Assembly: GCA_964016885.1 (NCBI GenBank)
Contig: OZ024742.1
Span: 334,304,001 to 334,368,000, forward strand
Origin: Eledone cirrhosa
Taxonomy: Eukaryota
Length of the DNA: 64,000 nt
Direction: 5' to 3'
Positions 13,403-27,210 of this stretch are shown one piece after another. A model generated the notes under the pieces. It saw nothing but the letters and a program-made list of their open reading frames with translations. It did no database searches and was not told the origin of the DNA. Within the stretch, counting starts at the first letter, position 1. Each line of letters begins with the position of its first letter. The position numbers were made by a program, and so were the translations under genes.

Positions 13403-13922
13403 TTTCTTTATTTGCCACAGGGGCGTACAAAAATGGGACATTACAAGACGTGACGGCGGGGGTTTTAGATAAAAATCATATAACTTTAACATTAATAAAT
13501 AACAATAAACTATATATAATAAAATAACAATTGAAATGCCCAATAGGGGGAGGGGTAACTTTACTGCAGGGTTGTTTTAGACCCCGTGGATAGAAGAACC
13601 CTCAACACCAGGAACACGTTTTGTAGGTGTTCCTGTCTTCCCTCTGTTTATCTTCCTCAACCTACAGGTTTATATACAGAGAAGGCCCATTCACCCCGGG
13701 CCATTTTTGCCACATTCACCCACCTTTCAGCGAATTTACTGGGGTGTAGCATCTCTCTCTCCACTCTCACCCTTCCTTCTGAAGTGGTACTTAAAGAAGG
13801 GGATGAGTTGTTGTCCGGAGAGAAAGGTGTTTGTCCTCAGTCCTTTTAACCTGATCCACCATATTACCTCTTTTGCCATAGCCAGCAGACATGGGAAAAT
13901 CACCTCTTCTTCATTCTTAAAT
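13403..13922 (-). mobile_element. 5'-truncated LINE 3' end (L1/Tx1-like) inserted in (GATA)n
   Basis: Minus strand encodes ..CLLAMAKEVIWWIRLKG..FFKYHFRRK(fs)VRVEREMLHPSKFAERWVNVA.., resembling Tx1 ORF2 C-termini (IWxxR..FxxxW); ends aataaagaaa; (GATA)n on both sides. Confidence 0.6.
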
Positions 13923-13974
<52 letters not shown>

Positions 13975-14178
13975 AATAGGTAGATAGATAGATAGATATT
14001 TTGTAAGACAAAGAAAAATAGTGAAACATTTGGAGATATTTACACAGTTATCTGATTTAAAACGAAGAGTGTGGTGAGGTGTGGCGTGGTATGTGTGTAT
14101 GTGTGCAGCGTGTGTGTGTTTGTGCGTGTGTGTATGTGTGGGTGTGTGTGTATGGGTGTGTATGGGTGTGCGGGGGGG

Positions 14179-14215
<37 letters not shown>

Positions 14216-15168
14216 TGTGTGTTTGTGACAAAGAGAGAGACGGAAATAGCGGTGCGGGAGGACGAGCGTTCTGTTGTTACGCTCAACGAAACTGCCTGCT
14301 GGGGGAATTAACGCGTAAGTGGCTGAGTATTCCACAGACACGCGTACCTTTAACATAGTTAGTTCTCGGGGATTCAACTGGACAGAATATGTAACAAGGC
14401 TGGTCAATCGAATTACTGGTGCAAATCATTTTTACCAGCTGAATGTATTAGAGTAATGTGAAATGTAGTGTTTTGATCAAGAACACAATGCGCCCCCTAG
14501 AATGGAACTCACAATTTTACGATTGTGTGGTAAATACTCTAACAAATAAGACAAGTTTACGATATAGAAGAGAGATAATTGTAGATAAATATAGAAGGAG
14601 AGGAGTAAGATGAAAACTAGAGTAGTTTCTTGAGATGTAAGAGCGGAGATATATGTAAAATAAAGAACGAGGTAGTTATGATATTGAGAGATTATTCGAT
14701 CCAACCAATCGAAAAGGGAAATATAGGGAGGGAAAGAGGCAGAGGAATAGGGATGGAGAGAAGAATACAAAAAGATAAAGAGATAGAGAGATAAACAGAT
14801 GGAGTTAGCGAGAGATACTATAGTATTAATAAAAGAGAAATAAAAGTAAAATGTCAAGGTTTTCTTAGGGTTTTTTTCTTCGTAGAGGGAAGTTATAATC
14901 TTGGGAGATTCCACAAATTCCTTTGTTAGCTGCTACAAATAGCAGACATGATGCAAAGAATGCACTGATTGCACCATACGACCTTTATCATTGAACTTGC
15001 GTCATAGTAAAGTATGACTAGGTACTAGAAAAATCACTGAAGCAAACACAAACACATATACACACACATACTTGAAGATATACACATCAGATCCCAAAAT
15101 AGTAAGAAAACAAATATTCAAACAATTTTAAACACGAAGCATGCATGTATTTAAATGTTTTTGCATGA

Positions 15169-15251
<83 letters not shown>

Positions 15252-15707
15252 GATGTATATATACAATCATATATGTAACAAAAACACACACATATCTATA
15301 TAGATACAAATATACATATACACATATGTATTTACATATATATAAATATGCATACATATGTATACGTATACGCGCACATATACATATATTCACATACATA
15401 CACACATAAACACGCGCACGCACACACATATACACATATATATATATATATATACATACATTACATTTTGAATTTTCTCCGCATTTCCCCCTTGGTTTCA
15501 TAGAATTCTACCTCCTTCATATGCCTCCAGGTCACGTGTGCATCTTTATACTCGTTCGTTTCTCACCTCCCCTCTATTTATAAATGTGTGTGTGTACGTA
15601 GTTGTATGTATATACATGCATACATTCGCGCCTACATATAAACAAATATATAAACAGTGATATAAGAAATATTCTGTTTCTTATAATGTTATTTTACTAT
15701 AGTATCG

Positions 15708-15797
15708 GGTGGTGGATTGGCAGTATCGGTAGAGGGTCGGACGTCATGCTTTGCAGCAAAGAGTTACGGCCCTTTATGGTCTGAGTTCAAATCCAAC
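15708..15797 (+). mobile_element. tRNA-derived SINE, 5' head only
   Basis: tggcagtatcggtag (A box) and gagttcaaatcc (B box); truncated by the adjacent fold-back. Confidence 0.8.
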
Positions 15798-16106
15798 CAC
15801 GAGTGAAAGTATAAAGAAAAACAGATGAAATCGAAAATGCAGCTGGAGTCTTATTTAAAAAAATATATATATATTTATTTGGTTCCTTTACCGGTTTCGC
15901 AGTTCTTCTGCTTTTCAAAAGTAGGGTTGAGATGGAGGGTATGTGGTTTTTCTCACTGTGGTTTTTCTCAGATGTGAGAAAAACCACAGACCGTCCATCT
16001 CAACTCTATTTTTGAAAAGCAGAAGAACTGTGAAACCGGTAAAGGAACCAAATAAATATATATATATTTTTTTAAATAAGACTCCAGTTGCATTTTCGAT
16101 TTCATC

Positions 16107-16110
<4 letters not shown>
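15798..16110. mobile_element. Fold-back of PLE pLTR (family of 47424-49106) with U3:A8 hammerheads at 15885-15922 (-) and 16008-16045 (+)
   Basis: ~140-bp inverted arms around tgtggtttttctcagatgtgagaaaaaccaca; motif ctt-TTGAAAA-gcag aagaa ctgc-GAAA-ccgg-TA-aag, then aataaa. Confidence 0.75.
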
Positions 16111-16186
<76 letters not shown>

Positions 16187-16188
<2 letters not shown>

Positions 16189-16405
16189 AACGAGTAGGAC
16201 CCCGACGGCTGAGCTCAAGCCGTTTCGATGGCTAATTTTGAGCTCAAGCCGTTTCGACGGCTAATTCTGGACAGAATTAGCCGTCGAAACGGCTTGAGCT
16301 CAGCCGTCGAGGTCCTACTCGTTCCTATTACCCACTCTACTACCCTAAGTATTGAGTACTTTGGTGCGTTATGGTCCACCTGGTTCCTTACCACATTTCC
16401 TCCGT

Positions 16406-16406
<1 letters not shown>
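16187..16406. mobile_element. Tiny fold-back remnant of the neighbouring PLE family (HHR 3' half plus tail)
   Basis: Inverted arms centred near 16270, internal 29-bp duplication; right arm matches 18438-18572; (TA)n both sides. Confidence 0.8.
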
Positions 16407-16436
<30 letters not shown>

Positions 16437-16441
16437 ATATT

Positions 16442-16494
<53 letters not shown>

Positions 16495-16503
16495 ACCAGT
16501 AAG

Positions 16504-16597
16504 ACCCCGACGGCTGAACTCAAGTCGATTCGACGGCTAATTCTGGACTAAATGAAAATTTATCCTGGTATTTAAATAGCCGAGCTTCTCAAGGGGT
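16504..16597 (-). ncRNA. Hammerhead with U3:A8 core and long stems II/III (mutated + copy at 18386-18479)
   Basis: acccc-TTGAGAA-gctcggcta...tagccgtc-GAA(T)C-g(a)ct tgagttc agcc-GTC-ggggt. GAAAC and a perfect stem III are intact in the sister copy near 16285-16310. Confidence 0.7.
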
Positions 16598-16937
16598 AAT
16601 TCCATATATGGTCAAAGTGATTGTCAAAAGTCAGTAGTAATTCTGTGATTGCAAATTAGTAGGGGAGATGGTGGCTAAACCTGCCAGTAGGAGAAAGAGG
16701 GCAGGGGGTGGAGTAGACCCAATCATGCGTTGGTAGTGCCAGCTACAGCTGGGCATGAGGCCAAAGAAGATACTGGGGAGGGGGAGGGGGAGGTAGTCGG
16801 AACGGTAGGTAGAACAATGAGGGGTAAAAATATATATATGAAAGAAAAAATACTGAGAGTGATGAAAAGCGAATAAGTGTAAAGAAAAAAGTAAAGCAAG
16901 TTCTACGACCTAAGTCTCTAGCTATTGTTAGGCTAGA

Positions 16938-16968
<31 letters not shown>

Positions 16969-17707
16969 AGAAAGAAATAAAGAAATAACGAAATAAGTAA
17001 ATAAACTAGGTGGGACGGAATAGGCAAGGACCTTTTAAGAGGTATAAGTACATAAATAATACGGTGACGGGTCAACAAATGGGGCCAAAAAGCTAAAGAA
17101 ACTACCACGAAATAAATAATAAAGGTTTCTATCCCGGGCACAATGCCAGCAACCACCCAGTGCAGCAAAGTAAACTACTACGAGATAATAATTCTGAGTC
17201 CCGAAAAAAATATATACTAATGCTAACTCTAAAAGATCTTATACAAGCTACATGAAAGTTCGTACGAAGTAAAGGTAGAATACGGAAAAATAAATTCAGA
17301 ATCCACCCCGCCCAAAAGAAAAGAGAAGAAAGAAATACTGAAACGAGAAAATAAGGCATAAGTGCCACTAAGAAATATAGAAGGCACGGAAAATAGTGGG
17401 AGCGGTCGGAAAAAGGGGGCAAGTATCCGAGGTCTAACACAACTGCTATAAAAAGCGGAGTCCGCCAAATCTATCATAGACCAGGGGAGGGGTGGGGGTA
17501 ATGAGGCTACAAGGTGCCAAAGGGCAGCCTCGGGTGGGCGAGAAAAGACGCCAACAAAGAAGAAGAACTGGGGTAGAAGGACTAAGGAGGGATGGGGGGA
17601 AGAAGGAAATAAAGGAAGCGATAAAAGAAAAAAAAGAGCTTACGTCTCCCTTGGCAAGCAGGGGTTACCCATTGCAAAATCGGCAAGTGGGGTGTTATAG
17701 CCCTAGT

Positions 17708-18090
17708 CTACCCCCCCCCCGGGTCACTATGGGGTTTGAGGGCGAGGTAAGTCCTACGCAATCTATATTTACATGCAGTAACCAGTTCATCTTTCTTGTT
17801 TAGGAGTTGGTCCGTCGAAAACAGAATTTGTAAAGTTTCCTCCGAGCATAAATTGCACGGACGGCGTCCTCCCGTGTAAGAATTGGCTCTGGACAGTAAT
17901 CTCCAAGTGAGATCATAGGTGATGTTGTTGTCCTTGAGGTCCCATATGTGGCCCGAAAGTGTAGTGGCGTGACGCCGGGCCGGGTTTCGGAAGGTATGTC
18001 TATTTTGGTATAGCCGGGTCTTGAAGTCACATGCGGTTAGTCCTATATAAGCTTTGTTGGAGGTGTCCGTCCTCACGTTGCACTGGTAGA
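17708..18090 (-). pseudogene. PLE GIY-YIG endonuclease domain fragment (Naiad-like)
   Basis: YQCNV..AYIGLT..FKTR..TTLSGHIWDLK..W..CNLCSEE..LLNKKDELVTACKYR; aligns with the ORFs at 49843, 53331 and 58664. Confidence 0.85.
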
Positions 18091-18571
18091 TCTTTTTTCT
18101 TTACACGTATTCGCTTTTCATCACTCTCAGTATTTTTTCTTTCATATATATATTTTTACCCCTCATTGTTCTACCTACCGTTCCGACTTCCTCCCCCTCC
18201 CCCTCCCCAATATCTTCTTTGACCTCATGCCCAGCTGTAGCTGGCACTACCAACGCATGATTGGGTCTACTCCACCCCCTCCCCTTTTTCTCCTACTGGC
18301 AGGTTTAGCCACCATCTCCCCTACTAATTTGCAATCACAGAATTACTACTGACTTTTGACAATCACTTTGACCATATAAGGAATTACCCCACGAGAAGCT
18401 CGGTTATTTAAATACCAGGATAAATTTTCATTTAGTCCAGAATTAGCCGTCGAATCGGCTTGAGCTCAGCTGTCGGGGTCTTACTGGTTCCTATTACCCA
18501 CTCTACTACCCTAAGTATTGAGTACTTTGGTGCGTTATGGTCCACCTGGTTCCATACCACATTTCCTTCGT

Positions 18572-18686
<115 letters not shown>

Positions 18687-18714
18687 ACATATATATATAT
18701 ATATAAAATAATGT

Positions 18715-20032
18715 TAAATAAAAAGTCAAATGTTTAAAATTTAGCTTCGTTTATTATTGCTATATATATTTCAGTGACAGCCATCTTTGGCTGTGACCTC
18801 TTCAGGCAGTCCGAATTAGTGTGGTATAAACAAGTACATATGTTGTTGAGGTGTATAATTTTGTCAATACTCTGATATGCCCAGTTCCTGGTTGGGTTGT
18901 TATTTCACTGAGGAACTGGAATCATATGAATTCAAACAAACGAATTTCAGTGTCAAAGGGCCTCTTCTCCTCTCATTGGTCAGTTGTTAGAAAATTCATC
19001 ATTCTAAGTGTTGTTATTGTTGGAATTAGCTTAAAAAATTGATAAAGTGGTAGAAGGGACAAGGTGTTAAAGGAACAAAATAACAAAAAAAGTGTCAAAC
19101 TTCTCATTGGTCAGTTCTGAGAGCATTCCTCAGTCAGAAGTCTATAGAATTATTTCTGGGGTGAGGCTCCCTGTAGTGTTTGTGTTTGCTATTGTTAAGT
19201 ACATTTGACCTCTAACATTATTTTGGTATTGTTGTTGGTGTTGTGGTCAGCTTATGTCTTGCTGCTGCTGAGAATTTAGAAGTATCTGTATGTGTTTTTT
19301 CTTCATCCCTCCTGCCACCATCTCTCATAGTGGTGGTGGGGGTTCTTCCATGTATATGAAGAAATATAAGGCAATAAATGAAGAAAACAGAAAATAAATA
19401 ATATAATTTGTATAATTTGAAAATAAATAATAAATAATAAATAGAGAATAAAGAATAAAGAATAAATGAAAAATTGCTGAAAAAGTAATGAAAATGAATA
19501 TGGAGAAGTGAGAAATAAAATGAAGATTCAAATAAAGTAGGATAAAGTGTGTGTGTGCTATAACCAATCTCAAGGTCAGAAATAGATTGGTATGAGGAAA
19601 AAGATGTTAAAATAAGATAATCAAACAAAATGTGTTTGTGTTATAATCAATCTCAATTTAAAAATAAATATAAATATAAGGTGATACAGTGAAGAGGGCA
19701 GAAAACGAATAACAAAGTAATAAAGAGAAATCAAGATTTAAAATTGGAACTTGAAAATCAGAAATCAAGTAAATTAAAATGTATTTGTGTTATATAGATG
19801 TTGGCCAAATTATAATGGCTGTGTCCGATTCAATCTCTAGGCTATCATGGTGTCTGCTCAGCCTGGGTTGTTCCCTATGGCTTGCGGGGAGTTCACAAAC
19901 TAGGGTTTTGTTACTGCCCATATAGCTTGAGGGAGGTCTGGCCGAGTGGTGTTTACATGTTCTGTAGAAGTCCCTATAGCTTGAGGGGAGTTCACATCTT
20001 CTTGTGTTGCTACTGCCCATATATCTTGAGGA
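18715..20032 (-). mobile_element. PLE 3' UTR/pLTR remnant
   Basis: 18723-18930 is homologous (inverted) to 54485-54680; carries an HHR; bounded by (TA)n; internal repeats tagcttgaggg at 19880-20030. Confidence 0.6.
18756..18810 (-). ncRNA. Minimal hammerhead ribozyme
   Basis: actgc-CTGAAGA-ggtcacagcca aaga tggctgtcact-GAAA-tatata-TA-gcaat-aataaa. Confidence 0.82.
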
Positions 20033-20079
<47 letters not shown>

Positions 20080-20117
20080 CATATATATATATATATATAT
20101 ATGTGTGTCTGTGTACA

Positions 20118-20233
<116 letters not shown>

Positions 20234-20435
20234 CACACACACACACACAAACACACGTGTATATACGTGCGGTATGTTGGATAATATACAGGCTGTTTGT
20301 GAAAAACATTTAGCAGACTTTCGCTATGACATTCTAAGGTTGTGACCACCGCCACTCATCCTAGCCTCAGGAAAAGCAAGGGGTAAGTAACAGACAACGA
20401 GTTCTTTCTCGATTGTATGCAAACGAGCTTCATTA

Positions 20436-20828
20436 ATTGGCAGTATCGGTAGAGGGTTGGACGCCATGCTTTCTAGCATAGTTACGTCCCTTTACAGTCT
20501 GTGTTCAAATCCCGCCGAGGTTAACTTTGCCTTTCATCCTTACGGGGGCGATAAAATAAAGTACCAGTAATGTACTGGTTAATTGCTGGCCTTGTGCCTA
20601 AAGTAGAAACAATTATCTCATATACATGGGGGTTTGGCAGTGTCGGTAGAAGGTCAGACTCCATGCTTTGCAGCATCGATTTACGCCCTTTTATAGTCTG
20701 AGTTCAAATCCCGCCGAGGTTCACTTTGCCTTTCAGTCTTACATCATCGATAAAATAAAGTACGAGTAATGTAATAGGGTAATTGCTGGCCTTGTGCCAA
20801 AAGTAGAAACAATTATCTCATATACATG
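20436..20828 (+). mobile_element. Two tandem Meta-domain tRNA-SINEs (20436-20616, 20634-20816)
   Basis: Both have A/B boxes, the gcctttca..cgataaaataaagtac core and the same 3' flank ctcatatacatg. Confidence 0.88.
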
Positions 20829-22932
20829 ATAAAACTATTATATTGTAGCTTATTTTTGTCTCAGTGAAAGTTGGGTGGATTTGTAACATTCGGAACCACC
20901 AACAAGCGAGACACAACGTGTTGCCGGTTTGTTCCCCCTTGCTTTTGCTTAGACAAGGATGTGTGATGGTGGCCACAACCTTAAATATTTATAGCGAAAG
21001 GCTGTCAAATGTTTTTCATAAACATCATGTATATTATTCGATATACAACACGTACATACATATGTATAACGATATGTTGGAGCAACAATATTATTTTTTT
21101 ATATATCCATATAAAGTCTATAATTCTGTTTTCGTAAAATGCTTCCTTATAAACTTAAGATATATATTTTCCGAAAGTTAATGCTGTGAGTTCAAATATC
21201 GCCAGTTGTTGTCATTCCATTCAGCTTAGTTAAAGCAAGCAGAAGTAATATGAATGAAATAGAGGAATGTGACTGTGCTAACGGGAATAAGCCGTTAAAC
21301 ATGTGGTGTAGAACAGAAAAATCATAGGAAATATTAACTTCACAGGAAATAACCGAGATACTGGATAATACAAAAAACAAAATCTTTATCAGCTGGATAC
21401 CATATGTTCAAAAGAATCTTTGCCTCTTTCCTTAATATAGGCAGGATGACGTCTCTCCAGCACTATTCCCGTTACTTTTAAATTTTTGTCATTTAATATT
21501 TCTTTTTTTTTCTTTTTTTTCTTAAATTTATGTTTAGTATTATTAAAAAAATTATATTTTATATTCATGTTGAATGTATTTTGTTTGTTTATGATTTACT
21601 GTTTATATTCACATTTCGACTCTTTTAAAGTGCACAATTTCCATGTTTAATGTACTATTTATTTTTTATATGTAATTCCTTGAATTATCCCCAGTGTTAA
21701 TTTTAGAGGAAAATGAATAGAATGATTAGCATCGAAACAAGATAACAACTATTGCAGTATTAATTCCGGTTCTGAGTTTGATGTATGTATCTGTACACCT
21801 TCTCATTGTTTTCCCATGTTTGGTGACACCAAGTACCATTCACCTCCTGGGGTTTAATTAGACTAGTGTTTATCGATATAAAGGTTTTAAAAAATGAGCA
21901 TCTGACATGAAAAGTTGTGGTGCTCCTTTTGACTTTTAACATTATTATTCCATAACCAGCTTTGAGTTCCATAGCTTCGAGGTATATAAAACGAAGGTAT
22001 TGGAGTTTGATTTCACCGATTGACAACACCTTCCAAGATACGTCGGACTAAACGTTTTGAGCGTCAGAATAAATGTGGTATTTGTTCGGGCTCCTTACAT
22101 TCTGAATTAAAATCTCACTGGAGTAAAATTTGCCTTTCATCCTTCAGAAGTTGATAGATAGAGTACCAATCAAGTACTGGGGCGATTTAATTTACTTTAC
22201 CCCCTCAAATTACTGGCCTTATATGTGGAGTAAAAACCATTATTATTGAGGTAGTTTTGTCATAATTTACATGCCACAAGGCATCAAATCCAGATCAATA
22301 TCTTCCAAGAAGTGTCAATTCAAATGCAATTGAAATAACGCCAGAGAAACAGCAAACAAGTGCTGAACAAATGTTGTGAAACTAACAACAATACTGATAG
22401 TAACAGCAAAAACAAAAATGAAAACTTACCACAATGATGACATTGAAAATATCGCTATAATATCAACAATGGGCTTCAACATTGCATACTTATGTTTATA
22501 ATATATTCTACGCGAAACCCTACCTAGCCAATGCTAATTAACAAAAGGCCAACAGTTTATTTTCCACGAAACCCTTTTGTCCACTTTCAAATAACATCTG
22601 TCATTTTGGTAACCTCAATTGTGATAATTGGCAGAACTGATTTCTCATCTATTCATTCAGTTATTCAGTTCGCCATTGTGTTCAATTGTATTGAACACAA
22701 CGTCATCTATTACCTCCTGTCAATGTACATCTTAATATTCACCTTATTTGAATAAAACGCTTATTTTCGGCTTGAGGTTCCTCTGTAAATGTTGTTAAAT
22801 TAAACTTTCTATTTAGGGTCAGATCGGAAGATTTAAATGTATTGCTGTAAGTTTCACTCATCTAACTCCTTTAATTTTATTATTCTTATTCTAAAAGCAA
22901 ATCTCTAAGTCTCTAAGTATGTCCCAGTGTGG

Positions 22933-23131
<199 letters not shown>

Positions 23132-24936
23132 GTATATATATATATACATATGTGTGTATATGTGTATATATACATATGTATATAATATATATATATATGG
23201 ATAGATAGATCAAACATATACACATATGTGTGAACGTGTTTGAATGTATGCATTATTTACATATACACATATTTATGTATATACTGCAAACAAAGACACA
23301 TAAGTATACAATATTTCGCAAATAAACATACTTTTACAGTTGACTAATGTCCTACAACTTCAAGGAGTAATCATATTTAGGGAGGAGAGCCAAAAGGTGA
23401 GTGATTGGATAGATTGAATAGGTTTCAGAATTTCAAAGATCAAAAGAACAGATATGGTTGTAGTTCTTATGAGAGACAGAAATAAAGAACAAAGAATCTG
23501 AGAAGCCACTACTTATATCATATTGGGAAATTAGGTATTTCTTAAATTCACTGTAGTATAGAATAGAAATATACTGTCAGAATGTTGTAATTGCTATTGT
23601 TATTTATACAATGTTTGACTTATGTGAGCAGATGTATGATCCGAGGCATTTTTACCACCGCGTGCATGACTTTCAGGCACTTCTCATATATGGTATATAC
23701 TCATATATGGTATAAACCTTTAGACCAGATTGTTAGATTAAACTTCTGCTATTTTACATGGATGAAGGAGAAGAATTTAATATTAATATATAAGGTATGA
23801 TGTGATGTATTTTGTATGAAACTAATTACATACAGTAATTGTAGTGTGTCTTTGATGAACAAGAGACATTTATAAACTAACGTTTGCGTGAATTGTACGT
23901 CACAACTGGGTGGATAGCAGAACAATTCATTTATTTCACGTAATATATATATATCCAGAATAATCCTTTAAACTCACAAATGTTGAACTGTTTTGCATAA
24001 AAAATGGGGTCGACATTTCCACGACATATACAAAATATTACAGATTTTAACCCTCTCAAAATGAGTGAATTTTACAGTATATAAGTTAACAATTTATATA
24101 ATATACTATATTATAAAGCTTAAACAATAGTGTCACTATCTTCATGTTTTCGAGTAGCCAATAACTAATTCACTGGACTACGATAAATACAACGGGGTAT
24201 CTATAATAGATCCCAGAACAAATATCCAAAATTGAATGAAGAAGCATGGAAACTCACTATTTTCAAATAATGTTGTAGAAGAATATATAGAGCTTGTTGA
24301 CGTTTCGGTCTTAATACTAGAAACACATGCCAGAAAGTGTGGTTGAATCATTAAGCTATTCAATTTGAAGCCCGTCTGAGATCTGCGCAATAGGGGGCTG
24401 TCTAGTGGGCTTTAAAGGTACCACCAACCCTGCTAACTATGAGCATCTTATATGCCTTTTCCAAACGGTTTACGGTGTTTATGCTGCCATGAGCAGACAC
24501 AGAAAACCTCTTGACGATCCCGCAGTTTATCTAATGCAACATTCAAGTTGTAAAAGCTTGAAAGACTGAAGACTAAAGTTCTGAAGCTCACCACACCATA
24601 TATCCTACTCTCCAACAACTATATAGAATAGACCACATTAGACAGAAAGGCATCCAGACAGCCACATAATTAGGTAGATAAACAGGGACTTCCACAGATA
24701 GGACAACAGATGCGCGTGTGTATACCTATACAAGTATATTTGAAGATGTCTGATTATAATGAGATTAACTCTAAACAGAACCAGTAAAGTACTACTATGT
24801 AGAAAATTAGGATATAATTTACTGATATATAGTCAAATACTGATCACATGACATCACATTCATGAAAATATATCGCTGGCCTCCGCTTCCACCAATTCTG
24901 TGATTGATATATACGCATTTACACACATATATATAC

Positions 24937-25026
<90 letters not shown>

Positions 25027-25250
25027 CACACACATATATATTGGGTCTATAAATCGATATGTGTATGTGTCAACCTAAAATATAGTACCAATACCATAAT
25101 CAACCATAAAAAGTATTGAAGTCTGTCAGTGTCGTTTTCCAGTCGGCTTCACAAGAACAGAAAGCCAACGACCATATTGAAGCGTTCGATTTCGACAAAT
25201 CTCGTGAGCCAAAGTGTGTGGATGTTTGCGTCTTTGTGTGTTTGTATCAG

Positions 25251-25313
<63 letters not shown>

Positions 25314-25426
25314 AGTGCGTGTATGTGTGTGTATATATATATGGAAATGTGTAAATTTATATATATATATGCGTATATGTGAATGTAAGTCAATATATGT
25401 GTGAGTATATATATTTATATATTATT

Positions 25427-25506
<80 letters not shown>

Positions 25507-26165
25507 CGCCGTTCTATTATGGGCACTATAAATAGATTTCTCTCCTTATTTCGTTCATTTCTCTATTCTTCAATCTCAATTTATAGTGTAAGTGCGTGTG
25601 TGTGTTTGCGTGTGCGTGTGTGTGTTTGTCTGTTTGTTTGTGGATGTGTGTGTGGGTTTGGGTGTATGTGTGTGCGTGTCTGTGATCCAGCGTTTGATTC
25701 CCAGACAGTGCAATGTGAGGTTTCCTTTAGTAAAAACTTTATTTCACGTTACCCAAGCTAGCATCTTGATCACTACCGAATTGGACCTTTCATATATACA
25801 TCAACTCAGATTGTCGTTGTCATAGACGTATATTCTTTCTCTAATTATTTCTCAATATAACTACATATCTCGTTTTCATTCCCACATACAGTGGGTTTAT
25901 TATCTATCTACATCTTCTAAATCTGTGTCCTTTATATTTCCATTTGTCTTTCTGCATACATATAACCCACCACCTGCCACCATTTTTACATCAGTATTTT
26001 CATGTTTGTAGGCGTTCTAAATGTAATGTCCCTTCTGAGTTTCTGCATCTTGAAATCAGCTTCGAACATTTCTATTCATGACTTCTATGTCCTATTACTT
26101 TCTTATTTTCCTTCAGCGCTGAACTCCAGGAACATCTTTACACATTTATCATCATCCATATGTAT

Positions 26166-26215
<50 letters not shown>

Positions 26216-26219
26216 AGAG

Positions 26220-27050
26220 ATATTTCTTTTTTGTGAGCTACGTAGGATGCCTCTTACACCCAATTTCGCTTTCAGCATACTTGCACCTTATCGTTTATGC
26301 ACACTAACATTATATAATGATTGAAGTATGGTGGATTCTTTTCTAGATTTTGCACAAATTCTATATACAATACTGAGCACCCTCTGTCATACAGCAACGC
26401 ACTTTGTATATATGCATCCTACAGACTACTCTTCGATCTAAGTGAGATCCTATCAGTTTACAACTGAGGTAGTAGCTCATTGATACAATTCCATCCTGTT
26501 TATGTTCTGGCTACTATGCTTTCTGAACACCTCTTCTAAAAATTCGTTTACATAGGCAACAGAAGATACCAAATATTTCGTAGGGATGCTTGAATCGGAA
26601 TGCGTATATTTAACTAGTGCTCTTAGTACTAGCTACCAAAGCAATCTAGCTAAAACATTACATAAATGATTGGGAAAAAGTTTTGTCGAGCAAGGATATA
26701 TCTCAAGTAAGAACCATACGGATAGCACGAGAACATTCGCAGAAACGCAGTTGCTTGGTTGGATAATAAGTAATCATTAGCACAATACACACATTTGCAT
26801 ATGGTCTCCTATTTCTCTTTAAACACCTACTTCTCCCTTCTATTACAACCGCTGCCACTGCACATCTTTTCCCCTCAATCCCACTTCACTTGTCAGCACT
26901 GATGTATCTAACTTCATTAGAACACGAATTAAGTATATCTTCGACAATTGTTCCTCCCAGAATTACGAACCTTTGAAGTTCCCTTTCTGCCTTCACCATG
27001 CTATACAACAGCTGTTTACCTATGCAACATTAATTTGGACATCAAGTATA
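26220..27050 (-). pseudogene. Highly degenerate RTE-type LINE RT region
   Basis: Minus strand GWNCINELLPQL*TDRISLRSKSSL*DAYIQSALLY resembles the RTE motif GWxKFRELLPLL..LSLRxKGRLYxACVxxAMLY; many stops. Confidence 0.5.
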
Positions 27051-27167
27051 TCCGTCGCAACTAGGTTAGAAAATGCTATTAAGAAAGTTCTTCCCCTCTT
27101 TGTAAAATAATATTTCAAAGAACAAACCGATTATATGTATGAAACATAATGAAATACACACACGCAC

Positions 27168-27210
<43 letters not shown>

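Noticed and set aside
19875-20032. CRISPR-like repeat-spacer array
   Set aside because: Irregular spacing, partly homologous spacers, eukaryotic transposon context and no cas genes.
23330-24720. Possible very old LINE 3' fragments
   Set aside because: Too degenerate to assign by eye.
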